Notes: generated by a model from the sequence alone, not told the origin. 64,000 nt of DNA from Candidatus Freyarchaeum deiterrae (GCA_037305845.1 CP147778.1:2176001-2240000); one strand, 5' to 3'. Shown: positions 9,487 through 19,475, numbered from the stretch's first letter. Numbers and translations are program-made.

Positions 9487-10923
9487 ATGCCAGAAACGAC
9501 CGTTAACCGTCCAATTCTAAGTTTTTTGGAAGAAGATAGCATAAAGGAGATTTATGGTGCCGCTACACGAATACTAGAAAACACCGGGGTCGAAATTGAT
9601 AATGTTGAGGTTCTCGAACTTTTACACCAAAACGGCTTAGAGGTCAACTTTGATAATAAGAGAGCCAAGTTTCCTCAGGATCTTGTGAAAAAATGCGTTA
9701 AATCCGTCCCCTCGGAAGTTAAACTGCATAGCCGGGACGGAAAAAATGATCTTCTTCTCAAAGATAATAATGTCTTTTTCGATCCAGGTTCAGCCGCCAT
9801 AAATATTCTCGATGACGGAATTATTCGAAAACCGGTATCTGCGGATCTTGAAAGTTTTGTGTGTATCGCGGATTATCTTAAACATATTAACGCCCAAAGC
9901 ACAGCATTAGTCATAACAGATGTTCCAGCTAGATACGTAGATCGATACCGTCTTTTCATCGTTCTAAAAAATTCCACCAAACCCGTGATAACGGGTGCCT
10001 TTACCAAGGACGGCGTTCATGATATGAAGAAACTGCTGGAAATCGTTTTAGATAAAAGCGATGTGGCGAAAAAACCCATGGCTATCTTCGACTGCTGTCC
10101 AACTCCTCCCCTAGAATGGAGCGAAATAACCTCACAGAACTTAATTGATTGCGCCAGATACAGAATTCCCGTGGAACTTGTTTCTATGCCTCTAGCTGGT
10201 GCAACAGGTCCTGCAACTCTCGCTGGTTCTATTGTTCAGCACACCGCGGAGACACTGAGCGGAATAGTTATCGCTCAGCTTGCAAATCAGAGGGCTCCAT
10301 GTATTTACGGCGGTTCTCCAGCCATTTTTGATATGAGCCAAGGCACAACGCCAATGGGCGCGGTAGAGACCATGATGATTAGTTGCGCCTATGCCCAAGT
10401 TGGAAAATTCCTAGGTCTGCCAACACATACATATTTGGGACTGAGCGATTCAAAAACTGTTGATTCTCAGTCGGGATTCGAATCCGCGCTCGGAATTCTT
10501 CTCGGGGCTCTAACCGGAATTAACGTTATTTCTGGACCCGGTATGCTGGGTTTTGAAAGTTGCCAGAGTATGGAGAAACTTGTGATTGACAATGAGCTCT
10601 GTGGAATGGCTCTAAGGATGATTCGCGGGATTCAAGTTTCAGAAGAATCGCTTGCTGAGAAATTAATTAGAGACTTGGGTCCTGGGGGGCATTACCTGAA
10701 CTCAAGACATACTCTTAAATGGTTTAGAGAAGAACAGTTCTTACCCTCCATCATAATTGATCGGTTGACAACTTCCCTTTGGCAGGAAAAAGGCTCTAAA
10801 GATTCTTATCAAAGAGCTAAAGATGAGGTAAAAAGAATTTTATCTGAACACAAACCTGAGGGCTTGCCACCAGACATAGAGAGAGAATTAGACAGCATGG
10901 CAGAGAAGTGGAAAAAAGACTAA
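9487..10923 (+). CDS. mttB: Trimethylamine methyltransferase (MttB) superfamily, non-pyrrolysine member
   Basis: GATGPATLAG, SDSKTVDSQSGFES, EKLVIDNE, GPGGHYL; no in-frame TAG. Confidence 0.88.
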   Translation: MPETTVNRPILSFLEEDSIKEIYGAATRILENTGVEIDNVEVLELLHQNGLEVNFDNKRAKFPQDLVKKCVKSVPSEVKLHSRDGKNDLLLKDNNVFFDPGSAAINILDDGIIRKPVSADLESFVCIADYLKHINAQSTALVITDVPARYVDRYRLFIVLKNSTKPVITGAFTKDGVHDMKKLLEIVLDKSDVAKKPMAIFDCCPTPPLEWSEITSQNLIDCARYRIPVELVSMPLAGATGPATLAGSIVQHTAETLSGIVIAQLANQRAPCIYGGSPAIFDMSQGTTPMGAVETMMISCAYAQVGKFLGLPTHTYLGLSDSKTVDSQSGFESALGILLGALTGINVISGPGMLGFESCQSMEKLVIDNELCGMALRMIRGIQVSEESLAEKLIRDLGPGGHYLNSRHTLKWFREEQFLPSIIIDRLTTSLWQEKGSKDSYQRAKDEVKRILSEHKPEGLPPDIERELDSMAEKWKKD

Positions 10924-10937
10924 ATATTGGAAAGTTT

Positions 10938-11843
10938 TTATTTTATTTCTTTTACCGCTTTGACCATTCTCACCATTTTTTCGGCAGCTATCTTATCGTC
11001 TTTTAGTCCTCTTAATCCACAGTCTGGATGCGTGATGATATTTTCCTTTCCCACCATCTCTATAGCTTTTTTCAGTAGTTCCACTATGCTCGGCACTCCT
11101 TCCAATTCTGGAGTATCGGAGCGTACGCACCCGACACCCAACTTTTTTTTCGCTTTTACCAGTTTGTCTCTTGAGATAACATTGAAGTTTTGTGGGTACG
11201 CTGCAAATGCGTGGCTCAAAACATCCACTGGGAAATCGAGTAGAGTATCAAATACTTTAGTAATGTCTCCGCACGCGTGGAGGTGGACTGGTTTTTGTAC
11301 GTTATTTCTTGCTATTCTAACAGCTTCTCTCGCTAAATCCATGGGTGCTCCTACGCTGTAGAATGGTTCATCTATCTGTATGATGTCTACGCCTGACTCC
11401 AACTGCAATTGGGCTTCTATGTTTACGAACTGCCCCATGTCATTGTATAATTCGGGGTCTCTGTAACCCTTGTACTCTTTTGTTTTAAGCAATCCGCTCA
11501 TAACCATTGTAACCGGTCCAGTAACTATTCCCTTAAGTAGGGGTGCTTTTTGACCGTATTTCTCTTTGAGATAATCCTTAACCCATCTGAGGTCTTCGGC
11601 TGCTGTGCTCTTGCCGTCATGTTCAATTCTATTCGTTATGTACCATTTCTTATTTCTACTCTGGAAACTCTTCGTATGCTCTGCAAAGTAGGTTATCATA
11701 TCGGCCCGCGTCTGTCCATCGCTGATAATATTTATTCCCGCTTTTATCTGGGACTCCACAGCAAGGATGATATTCTCCCGAAAATTCAGATTTTCAAGTC
11801 TGGGAAAGCTTCCAATAACCGTTGCCAGTAACATAAACTTCAC
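10938..11843 (-). CDS. Core methionine synthase (MetE C-terminal half, MesA-like)
   Basis: IGSFPR, TGPVT, IQIDEP, HACG and PDCGL Zn ligands; 301 aa. Confidence 0.85.
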   Translation of the reverse strand: MKFMLLATVIGSFPRLENLNFRENIILAVESQIKAGINIISDGQTRADMITYFAEHTKSFQSRNKKWYITNRIEHDGKSTAAEDLRWVKDYLKEKYGQKAPLLKGIVTGPVTMVMSGLLKTKEYKGYRDPELYNDMGQFVNIEAQLQLESGVDIIQIDEPFYSVGAPMDLAREAVRIARNNVQKPVHLHACGDITKVFDTLLDFPVDVLSHAFAAYPQNFNVISRDKLVKAKKKLGVGCVRSDTPELEGVPSIVELLKKAIEMVGKENIITHPDCGLRGLKDDKIAAEKMVRMVKAVKEIK

Positions 11844-12042
11844 ATCACCGATTATTTTATGGATTCATTAATTTAAACCTTAATACTTATATCTATTTCT
11901 CATATTTTTTATTATAAAATATTACCCTTATTCATAGATATCTTTGACCCGACTAAGATCAGCTAAAATAAGAACTTCTTAGAAAAATAGGGAGTAATAT
12001 AATAAATTAATTAGAATATTTTGACGAAAAAATCGATTTTTA

Positions 12043-12246
12043 CTAAACATCTGAGCCTCTACGGCCTCCCCTTCTAGGAGGTGCACGGCTTTGTTGGCCA
12101 GCGATTCTTTCGTTAACTATTCTCTTAACGTAGTTACGCTTATTTCTTATTCTGGGAATAGGCATTCTCCTCTGTTTATGCTCAACCTTTGGAGTCTGAC
12201 TACGAACTTTTCCCGCTTTTGTTAAACTACCGTGAGAACCTGGCAT
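12043..12246 (-). CDS. rps30e: Ribosomal protein eS30
   Basis: HGSLTKAGKVRSQTPKV. Confidence 0.95.
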   Translation of the reverse strand: MPGSHGSLTKAGKVRSQTPKVEHKQRRMPIPRIRNKRNYVKRIVNERIAGQQSRAPPRRGGRRGSDV

Positions 12247-12374
12247 TCTTAAAATCCTCCATCATGTAACAAATGAATAAAGAAACATGCACATTTAAAG
12301 GTTATCCAAAAATTTCCGCGTAACAGAGGAAAGCCTGTAAAAATAAGAAAAATTAAAAAATGTGAGGAATGGTG

Positions 12375-13751
12375 TTATTTTTTCCTAGCGATTTTCTTGG
12401 TAACGGGTTCTGCTACCAGAGTTAGAACGTCCCAGGTTGGACAGCTAGCCGGCGCGTAGCAAGTCTCTAGCCACTCAAGATCATAGACTGACATGCCTGA
12501 CTGCATAGCAGCCGCGATTACGTTAATTTTCTGGTGTACATCCTCGAAGCCCACAATTTGAGCTCCAAGAATCTTACCGCCCTCATCGGATAAAATCTTG
12601 ATTCTGATAAGCTTCCCACCAGGGAAATACTCCGGCTTAGAAGAGCCAGTAATTTTACCAACAATAGGTTTAATTTTGTTCTTCTCTAACTGACTCGTGG
12701 TAGGACCGACAGCAGCAAGCTGGCACCCAAAAACTTTTGTGATTCGCGTTAAAAGCACACCCTTAGGCATCTTGGCTTCGCCGCCCACAGCGTTAATACC
12801 ACACACCTTACCCATTCTTACAGCGATGGTTCCCATTCCCTGTGGAGTGGGTTCTCCTGTTACGAAGTCTGGGTATTCCGTGCAGTCGCCTGCGCTGTAG
12901 ATGTCTGGAACATTGGTTTCACACTTTTCGTTTACTTTTATGTATTTGGTGGTTCCCATTGCTACTCCTGCTTTCTGGGCTATCTCGACGTAGGGTCTGA
13001 CTCCGGCTCCAATTACCACTAGGTCCGCCGGGAGTTCTTTTGTTTCTTTAGTTTCGCGGTTCTCGATTAGTACTTTCTGCACCTTATCCTTGCCTAGTAC
13101 GGCTTTTGCTGCAGTGTTAGTGTACACTTCCATTCCATGTTTGATCATTTCCTCTTGTACCAGTTCTGCCATATCTGGGTCTATCATTAGTGGCACGATG
13201 CTTGGTAGAAATTCCACCATAGCTACTTTTAGTCCCTTTTCTACAAGGTTTTCCGCGGTTTCCACACCAATGAGGCCCGCACCTATCACTACCGCATTTT
13301 TTGCTTTTCTCGCCGCAGCTTCAATGTCCATTGCATCTTGAAGAGTTCTCAAGTAAAATATCCCTTTCATATTCTGCACGCCTTCTATTGGTGGCGTTCC
13401 AGGGTGGGAGCCTGATGCGATAATCAGTTTGTCATAATTTACAGTTTCCTCTTTGCCAGTTTTGAGGTCTTTCAATTTTACTGTTTTAGCTTTAGTATTG
13501 ACATCAGTTACTTCAGTTTCCAGTTTAATGCCTATTTTCGCGAAGCTTTCAAACCATCCTGCGTCGTGCTCCCTGAGATTAAGAAATTCGGGTATAACTT
13601 TTGAAATTGTGTAAGGTAATCCACATCTAGAATATTCCGGGTATGGTTCACGATTTATTAAAAGAACTTCACATTTTCTATCAGTTTTTTTAGCCCAAAA
13701 TCCAGCGGTTGTGCCAGCAGCTCCAGATCCAATAATTACAACTTTGGTCGT
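12375..13751 (-). CDS. FAD-dependent NADH oxidase / CoA-disulfide reductase family; start uncertain
   Basis: GSGAAG, YSRCGLPY active Cys, GAGLIG, AGDC; no canonical start next to the first strand (ACG at 13751, TTG at 13826). Confidence 0.88.
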   Translation of the reverse strand, partial: TTKVVIIGSGAAGTTAGFWAKKTDRKCEVLLINREPYPEYSRCGLPYTISKVIPEFLNLREHDAGWFESFAKIGIKLETEVTDVNTKAKTVKLKDLKTGKEETVNYDKLIIASGSHPGTPPIEGVQNMKGIFYLRTLQDAMDIEAAARKAKNAVVIGAGLIGVETAENLVEKGLKVAMVEFLPSIVPLMIDPDMAELVQEEMIKHGMEVYTNTAAKAVLGKDKVQKVLIENRETKETKELPADLVVIGAGVRPYVEIAQKAGVAMGTTKYIKVNEKCETNVPDIYSAGDCTEYPDFVTGEPTPQGMGTIAVRMGKVCGINAVGGEAKMPKGVLLTRITKVFGCQLAAVGPTTSQLEKNKIKPIVGKITGSSKPEYFPGGKLIRIKILSDEGGKILGAQIVGFEDVHQKINVIAAAMQSGMSVYDLEWLETCYAPASCPTWDVLTLVAEPVTKKIARKK

Positions 13752-13965
13752 TTTACATCCCTTCTTTACGTTTCTTATTTTGTTAGCCAAGCATGGATTC
13801 GACTTATAATTAAAATTTTTTGTCAACCTTTAACTTATAGAAAAATAAGTCTCGATGATAGTTTCATTACTCGGCTTTCAGAGATGCCATAATAACGTAC
13901 TATTTGAGGGATTTTAATATTCCGTTCCCTATTTTGTTACCTGCTTAGACTCTCTACGGATGCTC

Positions 13966-14127
13966 TTACCCCGTTCCTTTGCAAACGGGACAGATGACCT
14001 TACCAGTACCCCAGCAAGTCTTGCATATTGTCTTCGAGTAAGGGTCAGTTACACCAAGCCCTCCACATGTTCCGCATGCTATTTTTCCAGTTCCTTTGCA
14101 TTTTGGACATTTTGCCTTTCCAGCCAA
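13966..14127 (-). CDS. 53-aa DnaJ-type (CXXCXGXG)4 zinc-finger microprotein, copy 1
   Basis: MAGKAKCPKCKGTGKIACGTCGGLGVTDPYSKTICKTCWGTGKVICPVCKGTG; TTG start after GAGGA; not in ORF track. Confidence 0.85.
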   Translation of the reverse strand: MAGKAKCPKCKGTGKIACGTCGGLGVTDPYSKTICKTCWGTGKVICPVCKGTG

Positions 14128-14297
14128 TACATATTCCTCTCCATTTATTTTTTGTCAACCTTTAACTTATAGAAAAATAAGTCTCGATGATAGTTTCATT
14201 GATCCGCTTTCAGAGATGCCATAATAACGTACTATTTGAGGGATTTTAATATTCCGTTCCCTATTTTGTTACCTGCTTAGACTCTCTCTGGATGTTT

Positions 14298-14459
14298 TTA
14301 CCCCGTTCCTTTGCAAACGGGACAGATGACCTTACCAGTACCCCCGCAAGTCTTGCATATTGTTTTCGAGTGAGGGTCAGTTACACCAAGCCCTTTACAT
14401 GTTGCGCATGCTATTTTTCCGGTTCCCATGCATTTTGGACATTTTTCCAATCCAGACAA
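14298..14459 (-). CDS. 53-aa DnaJ-type zinc-finger microprotein, copy 2
   Basis: MSGLEKCPKCMGTGKIACATCKGLGVTDPHSKTICKTCGGTGKVICPVCKGTG. Confidence 0.85.
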   Translation of the reverse strand: MSGLEKCPKCMGTGKIACATCKGLGVTDPHSKTICKTCGGTGKVICPVCKGTG

Positions 14460-14523
14460 TACATATTCCTCTCAATTTTTTAGGATACTAAGCAATGTAC
14501 TGCATTATAGCGGTTTATATTAC

Positions 14524-15757
14524 TTACTTCATCCCTTTGGCTGATACGATTCTAATAATATCTCTGTCCTTTAGTTCCGCGTTCTCAGATAACCTGATCC
14601 TCTTTCTGGCATCTTCTGCGTAGATGAAGGTTTCACCGAGGTCGGTGTGTACTGCGTAGGCTAGTTCTTTTGCTGTTGTTCCTTTTGGTACTAGGTATAC
14701 GTCGGGTAGAACGTTTCCGTTGTGGTCGCTGTATTTGTTCGCGTCTTCGACTGGATATACTGCGATCATGTTGAGTACTCCGAAAACCATTTGGTTGAGG
14801 GTTTCCTGTATTCCCGTGGAGCCGTATTTGCTTAGTATTTCTTCGCGTATTTTTTCTAAAACTGGTTTCTGGTTCTGGGGTATTTTGTCCGGTTTTAAGA
14901 TCTTAAATTCGGAGTCGCCGGGTCTGTATTCAATCGCTCCATCTTCTGCTAGTTTTCTGAGCATGTATTCTGCGAGTGAGCTTGCTGGTACGACTTTTCC
15001 TTTTTTCTTGAGTTTTTCTAGGTTTTGTACTGATGTTTTTCGGTCTATTTTGTTTGCGCATATCAGCATTGGTTTTGAAGCTTTTTGCAGTTCTCGTGAA
15101 AAATTGTATATTTGGTCATCGTTCCAGGCTTTGGGTTTTTCCGGGTCGAGTTTTGCGTTTTGTAAAGCTTTTTTGATGTGGGCTCTCTTTATTGCTAATC
15201 CCGATAATCTGTCTATAAGGAGTTCATCTAGCTTCCCTTTGGATGTATCTACTTCCCTAGCTATCTTTGGCCATTCACGTGTTATTATCTGTTTGAACCA
15301 CATTGCGATTTCTTTTTCAAGAAAGTCTACTTCCTCCTCCGGGTTTCCTGTTCCTGGTTCGATAGGTTTCCCCTCGAGGTCTGTGGCTCCTGATGCGTCA
15401 ACTACCTGTATTAATGCGTCGGCGCGTCGAAGGTCGTCCAGAAATTGGTTTCCTAATCCGCGTCCCTGCCAAGCGTCGGGCACCAGTCCTGCGACGTCGA
15501 GCAAGTTTACTGGTATGTAGCGTATGCCATCTACGCATATGGAGTTTTTGCAATTGTCTTTCACTCCGAGTTCTTTGCATACGCAATCTATTCGAACATA
15601 GCCCGTTCCTTGTTGGGCGTTTATTGTTGTAAAGGGATAGTCCGCTACCTTGTATTCTGTTAGGCAAGCCGCGTTCAGAAAAGTGGTTTATCGGTCCAAT
15701 GCACTATTTCGTGCGTTGGATTCCCGAATTAGGCTTACCTACAATTCCCACCAACAT
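14524..15757 (-). CDS. ychF: Obg-family YchF/OLA1-like NTPase, intron-split: join(15757..15721,15689..14524), 400 aa
   Basis: Exon 1 MLVGIVGKPNSG plus exon 2 KTTFLNAA...YPFTT...DVAGL...NKID...TGS domain. Confidence 0.9.
15690..15720 (-). other. Putative 31-nt mRNA intron with relaxed BHB motif
   Basis: Removal restores GKPNSGKTT; insert is a hairpin (CCAACGCAC/GUGCAUUGG) flanked by CGGG/ACCG and 3-nt bulges. Confidence 0.8.
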
Positions 15758-15974
15758 TTTCCATCACTTTTGACCAATTTTGTTTTTCCTACCTAAATAA
15801 CTTTGTCCTCATTACATTCATGCACTGAGAAAAATGTTTTACTAAACCAGTTTAAGGTCTTTAATGCTCCAGGCTTTCTAAATTTTTTGATGATGAATTT
15901 GAGCAAAATTAGAATTTAAATGGTGTAAAATGGGCTGACCGGTTGATAGAGCTTTTTATTCTTTTTGCCCCTTT

Positions 15975-16286
15975 TTATCGGTACTCTCTTTCGAGGTGTC
16001 CCCAGGTAACTTTACTTCCGAAGGATCTTAAACCGTTTTCTTTAAGTTGTTTGAGAATGTTGTCTGCGTGCTCCTGGGCGATTTCTCCTCTTTTCAGCAT
16101 GTAGTTAATTATTTCGATGACTTGTTCTTCATTGTCGCATCTTCTGATTACTCTAATTATGTCTAAATCGCGGGTCTCTTCGCTTCTTACTCCTTCTATG
16201 GGAGCAGCCATTTCCACCCCTTCCCCTTCCAATTCCTTGGATAGGTTGGGGTATTCTTCACGAAGTTTTTTCTTATCGATTTCCAT
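15975..16286 (-). CDS. DUF2095-family protein
   Basis: YPNLSKEL, IRRCDNEEQVIEIINY, GLRSFGSK. Confidence 0.75.
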   Translation of the reverse strand: MEIDKKKLREEYPNLSKELEGEGVEMAAPIEGVRSEETRDLDIIRVIRRCDNEEQVIEIINYMLKRGEIAQEHADNILKQLKENGLRSFGSKVTWGHLEREYR

Positions 16287-16339
16287 TGCCCATTCCCAAT
16301 CAAAACTTCACGTAGCGCTATAAAAAATGTTTTGTAACA

Positions 16340-17971
16340 CTAGTTACATTTTAACCCACATTTAGAACATTTTATACCGCATGGTGGCGTCATCCTTCCC
16401 TCATAAGCATTGTCTCTTTCTGCTAGAAGAAACTCCCTATTAACTCCGATATCTACTATATCCCACGGATATACCGCTTCAGGGTTTCTCTCGGTACCTA
16501 CAACCTCTCCAATAGAGATTTTGGTTTCCTTTAAAGCACGTCTCCAAGCTCCTAAGCCTCCTCCATATAAGGAGGATAACTCAATAGGCTTCCCAATGCT
16601 ATTATCCCCGAGGGAGAGAAGCGCTTCTATCACGCCCCATCTAGGATCATAACCCTCAATACTAATTCTAGGATTTCTTCCCAATTTTGAGGAAATGAAC
16701 TTTAATTCCCTTCTAAAATATTCTATGGGCGGCTGCGGTTCCCACATAAAAGGCGTGTGCGGTTTTGGAACAAAGGGATTGATACTTAACCTAATACCTT
16801 GGGAGGGGAAACCCAGAGAGCCGATGCGGCTGGCTAGATTCACTATACCCTCTACGTCAAGCTGTTCTTCAGTTGGTAAACCCAGAATAAAATACATCTT
16901 AAGGTTTTGAAGTCTCTCCCGGATCATCTCTGCTGCAGAAAAAACCTGATCATTGCTAAAGCCTTTGTTTTGCGCTTCTCTTAATCTATCGGTCCCCGCT
17001 TCTGGTGCCAATGTTGCGGTTCTCTGACCTCCCTTGGCTAGAGCCTCCAATAACTCCTCCGAAACATTATCCACACGAAGGCTGGAGACCGAAAGCTCCA
17101 AACCCGAATTAACGATACTCCAGCAAAGATTAACCAAATCCTTATATCCGGAAAGACAAGGCGCTATGAGAGTAACCTTCCTAACACCGGAACGCTCAAC
17201 TCCTTCCTCAATGGTTGACAGCGCGGTTTTCATGCTGAGATTTCGCATGGGTCTGCTTGCGTATCCTGTCAAACAAAACCTGCACCCCCACTCGCAACCC
17301 CTAGAAATCTCTAAAAGAAGAGTTTTTCCAAAAACTGGCATCAAAGGACTATTAGTGTCTACCTGCGGAACCACTTGGGTTACTGGTCGATAAGCTTCCT
17401 CAAGATTTTTGCAGCAGCTTCTTTTTACAGGCTCCTTAGAAAATCTGGGAACATAGATGCCGGGCAGCTCAGAGAGCGTTTCAAGGTTTTCCCGGGAAAG
17501 ATTTCCCTCAATATATGTGTCTAGCAAATCATCAAGTACTGGTTCGGCATCGCCTAAAAGAAAGAGGTCAACATATTCAGAAAGGGGTTTAGGGTTTTCC
17601 AAGGCGCAAGGACCACCAGCAATTATCAGAGGATGATTAACCCCCCGCTCTTTAGAACGGATTGGGATACCTGCATTTGAGATCATTCTTAAAACATTTG
17701 TATAATCTGTTTCGAATTGAAGCGAAAAACCTATTATATCAAAATTGTCTAGAGGTTGCCTTGACTCAACGGAAAAGGCAGGAGTTTGTCGAGAATTGAA
17801 TACTCTTTCGCAAGCCACATCTGGGCGAGTATTAAGCATAGCATAAAGTGTGTGAATTCCTAAACAAGACATGCCTACCTGATACCCGCTAGGGTAGGCT
17901 AGAGCAAACCTGATGTCTACTTTCCTAAAATCCTTTCTAATAGTATTAATTTCCGAAATACTGTCTTTCAA
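16340..17971 (-). CDS. Radical SAM protein (TIGR03960-like, B12-binding-like N-terminus)
   Basis: RGCEWGCRFC, APEAGT, FVPKPHTPF, C-terminal Cys cluster. Confidence 0.85.
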   Translation of the reverse strand: MKDSISEINTIRKDFRKVDIRFALAYPSGYQVGMSCLGIHTLYAMLNTRPDVACERVFNSRQTPAFSVESRQPLDNFDIIGFSLQFETDYTNVLRMISNAGIPIRSKERGVNHPLIIAGGPCALENPKPLSEYVDLFLLGDAEPVLDDLLDTYIEGNLSRENLETLSELPGIYVPRFSKEPVKRSCCKNLEEAYRPVTQVVPQVDTNSPLMPVFGKTLLLEISRGCEWGCRFCLTGYASRPMRNLSMKTALSTIEEGVERSGVRKVTLIAPCLSGYKDLVNLCWSIVNSGLELSVSSLRVDNVSEELLEALAKGGQRTATLAPEAGTDRLREAQNKGFSNDQVFSAAEMIRERLQNLKMYFILGLPTEEQLDVEGIVNLASRIGSLGFPSQGIRLSINPFVPKPHTPFMWEPQPPIEYFRRELKFISSKLGRNPRISIEGYDPRWGVIEALLSLGDNSIGKPIELSSLYGGGLGAWRRALKETKISIGEVVGTERNPEAVYPWDIVDIGVNREFLLAERDNAYEGRMTPPCGIKCSKCGLKCN

Positions 17972-18182
17972 CTAAACACCTAGCCCTCTTTTCAGCGTTA
18001 AAAAACTTGGAAAACGCTTTCTAAAGTGTTAAGAAGAGGCATAACTAGAAATCAGCCTAAAACTTATTTTATTCATCTTTTTCATTAAATACAGAAATTA
18101 GCCCCAACTTTTGAAATTTTCGTATTTAATCCAAGTTCTATAAAAATTCTAACCTAAGCTTACCCAATAAAAGGGATAGGTT

Positions 18183-19475
18183 TCACTCTTCCGATGCTTT
18201 ATCTGGATTAATTTTTTTGACTACCACTTTTTGTTTCTCTACGACTAGCGAGTTTTCTGGTACATCTTCCCACAGGTTTATGTTGGGCCCTATTAGGCTG
18301 TTTGGTCCTATTTTGACTCCAGGCATTATATTGGTTCCTATTCCTGTTTTTACGTTGTCTCCTATCATCGCTCCCAGTTTTCTTCTACCGGTGTCCACCT
18401 TTTCACCCTTCACTGGTGTTACGACACACTTTTCGTCCAACCTCAAGTTTGCTGTGATGGTTCCTGCACCAAAATTCACATTTTCCCCGATTATACTATC
18501 TCCAACATATGACAGGTGCGCGATTTTCGTTCCGTCTAAGATAATTGTGTTCTTGATTTCACAAGCATTACCCACATGGCATTTGTTTCCTATGGTGGTA
18601 CATTCCCTGATATAGCAGTTAGGTCCAATGTCGCAATCCTCTCCTATATGAACAGGTCCTCTGATATAGGTTCCCGATCTAATAATAGTATTCTTACCAA
18701 CATATACCGGCGGGATTATCGTTACCCCGTTTTCTCTTTCACCCTCTATTTTAGTTTCCACGTCTTTGATGAGAGTTTTATTAGCGTCTAGCAGATCCCA
18801 AGGAAGACCTATGTCAAACCAGTAATTTGTTATTTTGTATGGAAGTATGGTTTTTCCCTGATTGATTAATATTTGAATAGAATCTGTTATCTCGTATTCG
18901 CCGCGCTGTGATTTTTCCGTTCTTCTTATCGCTTCAAAAATTTGTGGTGTGAAAATGTATACACCTGCATTCACAGAATCAGATGGTGATTTTTGCATGG
19001 GTTTCTCGAGTATTTTTCTGACCCTGTCCTTTTCTATTTGGATGATTCCATAATTGGATGGGTCTGGAACCTGTGCAACTGCGAGTATAGCATCGGGTCT
19101 CTCTCTTTCGAATTTGCTTTTCAATCCTTGGTATGTAGTTTCTTTAGTTATCACATCACCATTAACTAGCAGAAAATTTTCATTATCTACGAATTTTTCA
19201 GCAAAGCCAGCTGCGTGGGCTGTACCCAAAAATCTGGTTTGTTCCACATAGGATATTTTAATTCCTAATTTTTCGCCGTTTCCCAGCATTTCAACTATTT
19301 TTTCTTTGAGGTATCCTACTACGATGAGAATCTCTTTGATGCCCGTGTTTTTCAACGCGTTTAGCGTGTGTTCTAGAAGCGGCTTTCCCGCAATTGGAAA
19401 GATTTGCTTGGGACGAGTGATTGTGAGCGGTCTTAGTCTTGTTCCTTCACCGGCGGCTATAATAACTGCTTTCAA
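18183..19475 (-). CDS. glmU: Bifunctional sugar-1-phosphate nucleotidylyltransferase/acetyltransferase (archaeal GlmU)
   Basis: AAGEGTRLRPLT, hexapeptide repeats, HLSYVGDS. Confidence 0.9.
   Translation of the reverse strand: MKAVIIAAGEGTRLRPLTITRPKQIFPIAGKPLLEHTLNALKNTGIKEILIVVGYLKEKIVEMLGNGEKLGIKISYVEQTRFLGTAHAAGFAEKFVDNENFLLVNGDVITKETTYQGLKSKFERERPDAILAVAQVPDPSNYGIIQIEKDRVRKILEKPMQKSPSDSVNAGVYIFTPQIFEAIRRTEKSQRGEYEITDSIQILINQGKTILPYKITNYWFDIGLPWDLLDANKTLIKDVETKIEGERENGVTIIPPVYVGKNTIIRSGTYIRGPVHIGEDCDIGPNCYIRECTTIGNKCHVGNACEIKNTIILDGTKIAHLSYVGDSIIGENVNFGAGTITANLRLDEKCVVTPVKGEKVDTGRRKLGAMIGDNVKTGIGTNIMPGVKIGPNSLIGPNINLWEDVPENSLVVEKQKVVVKKINPDKASEE

Larger units (their letters stand above)
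13815..14473. repeat. Direct tandem duplication with 332-bp period (about 13815-14141 and 14147-14473)
   Basis: Near-identical blocks starting attttttgtcaacctttaacttatagaaaaataagtctcg. Confidence 0.95.

Noticed and set aside
9487-10923. Pyrrolysine recoding in mttB
   Set aside because: The ORF is full length with no in-frame TAG
14720-15520. Long antisense ORFs (this one, 37855-38508, 3914-4426 and others)
   Set aside because: Shadows of real genes on the opposite strand, with no motifs of their own
15890-15938. Possible C/D box sRNA (ATGATGA...CTGA, 49 nt)
   Set aside because: No clear D'/C' boxes, and I could not match the AT-rich guides to rRNA or tRNA; may be chance
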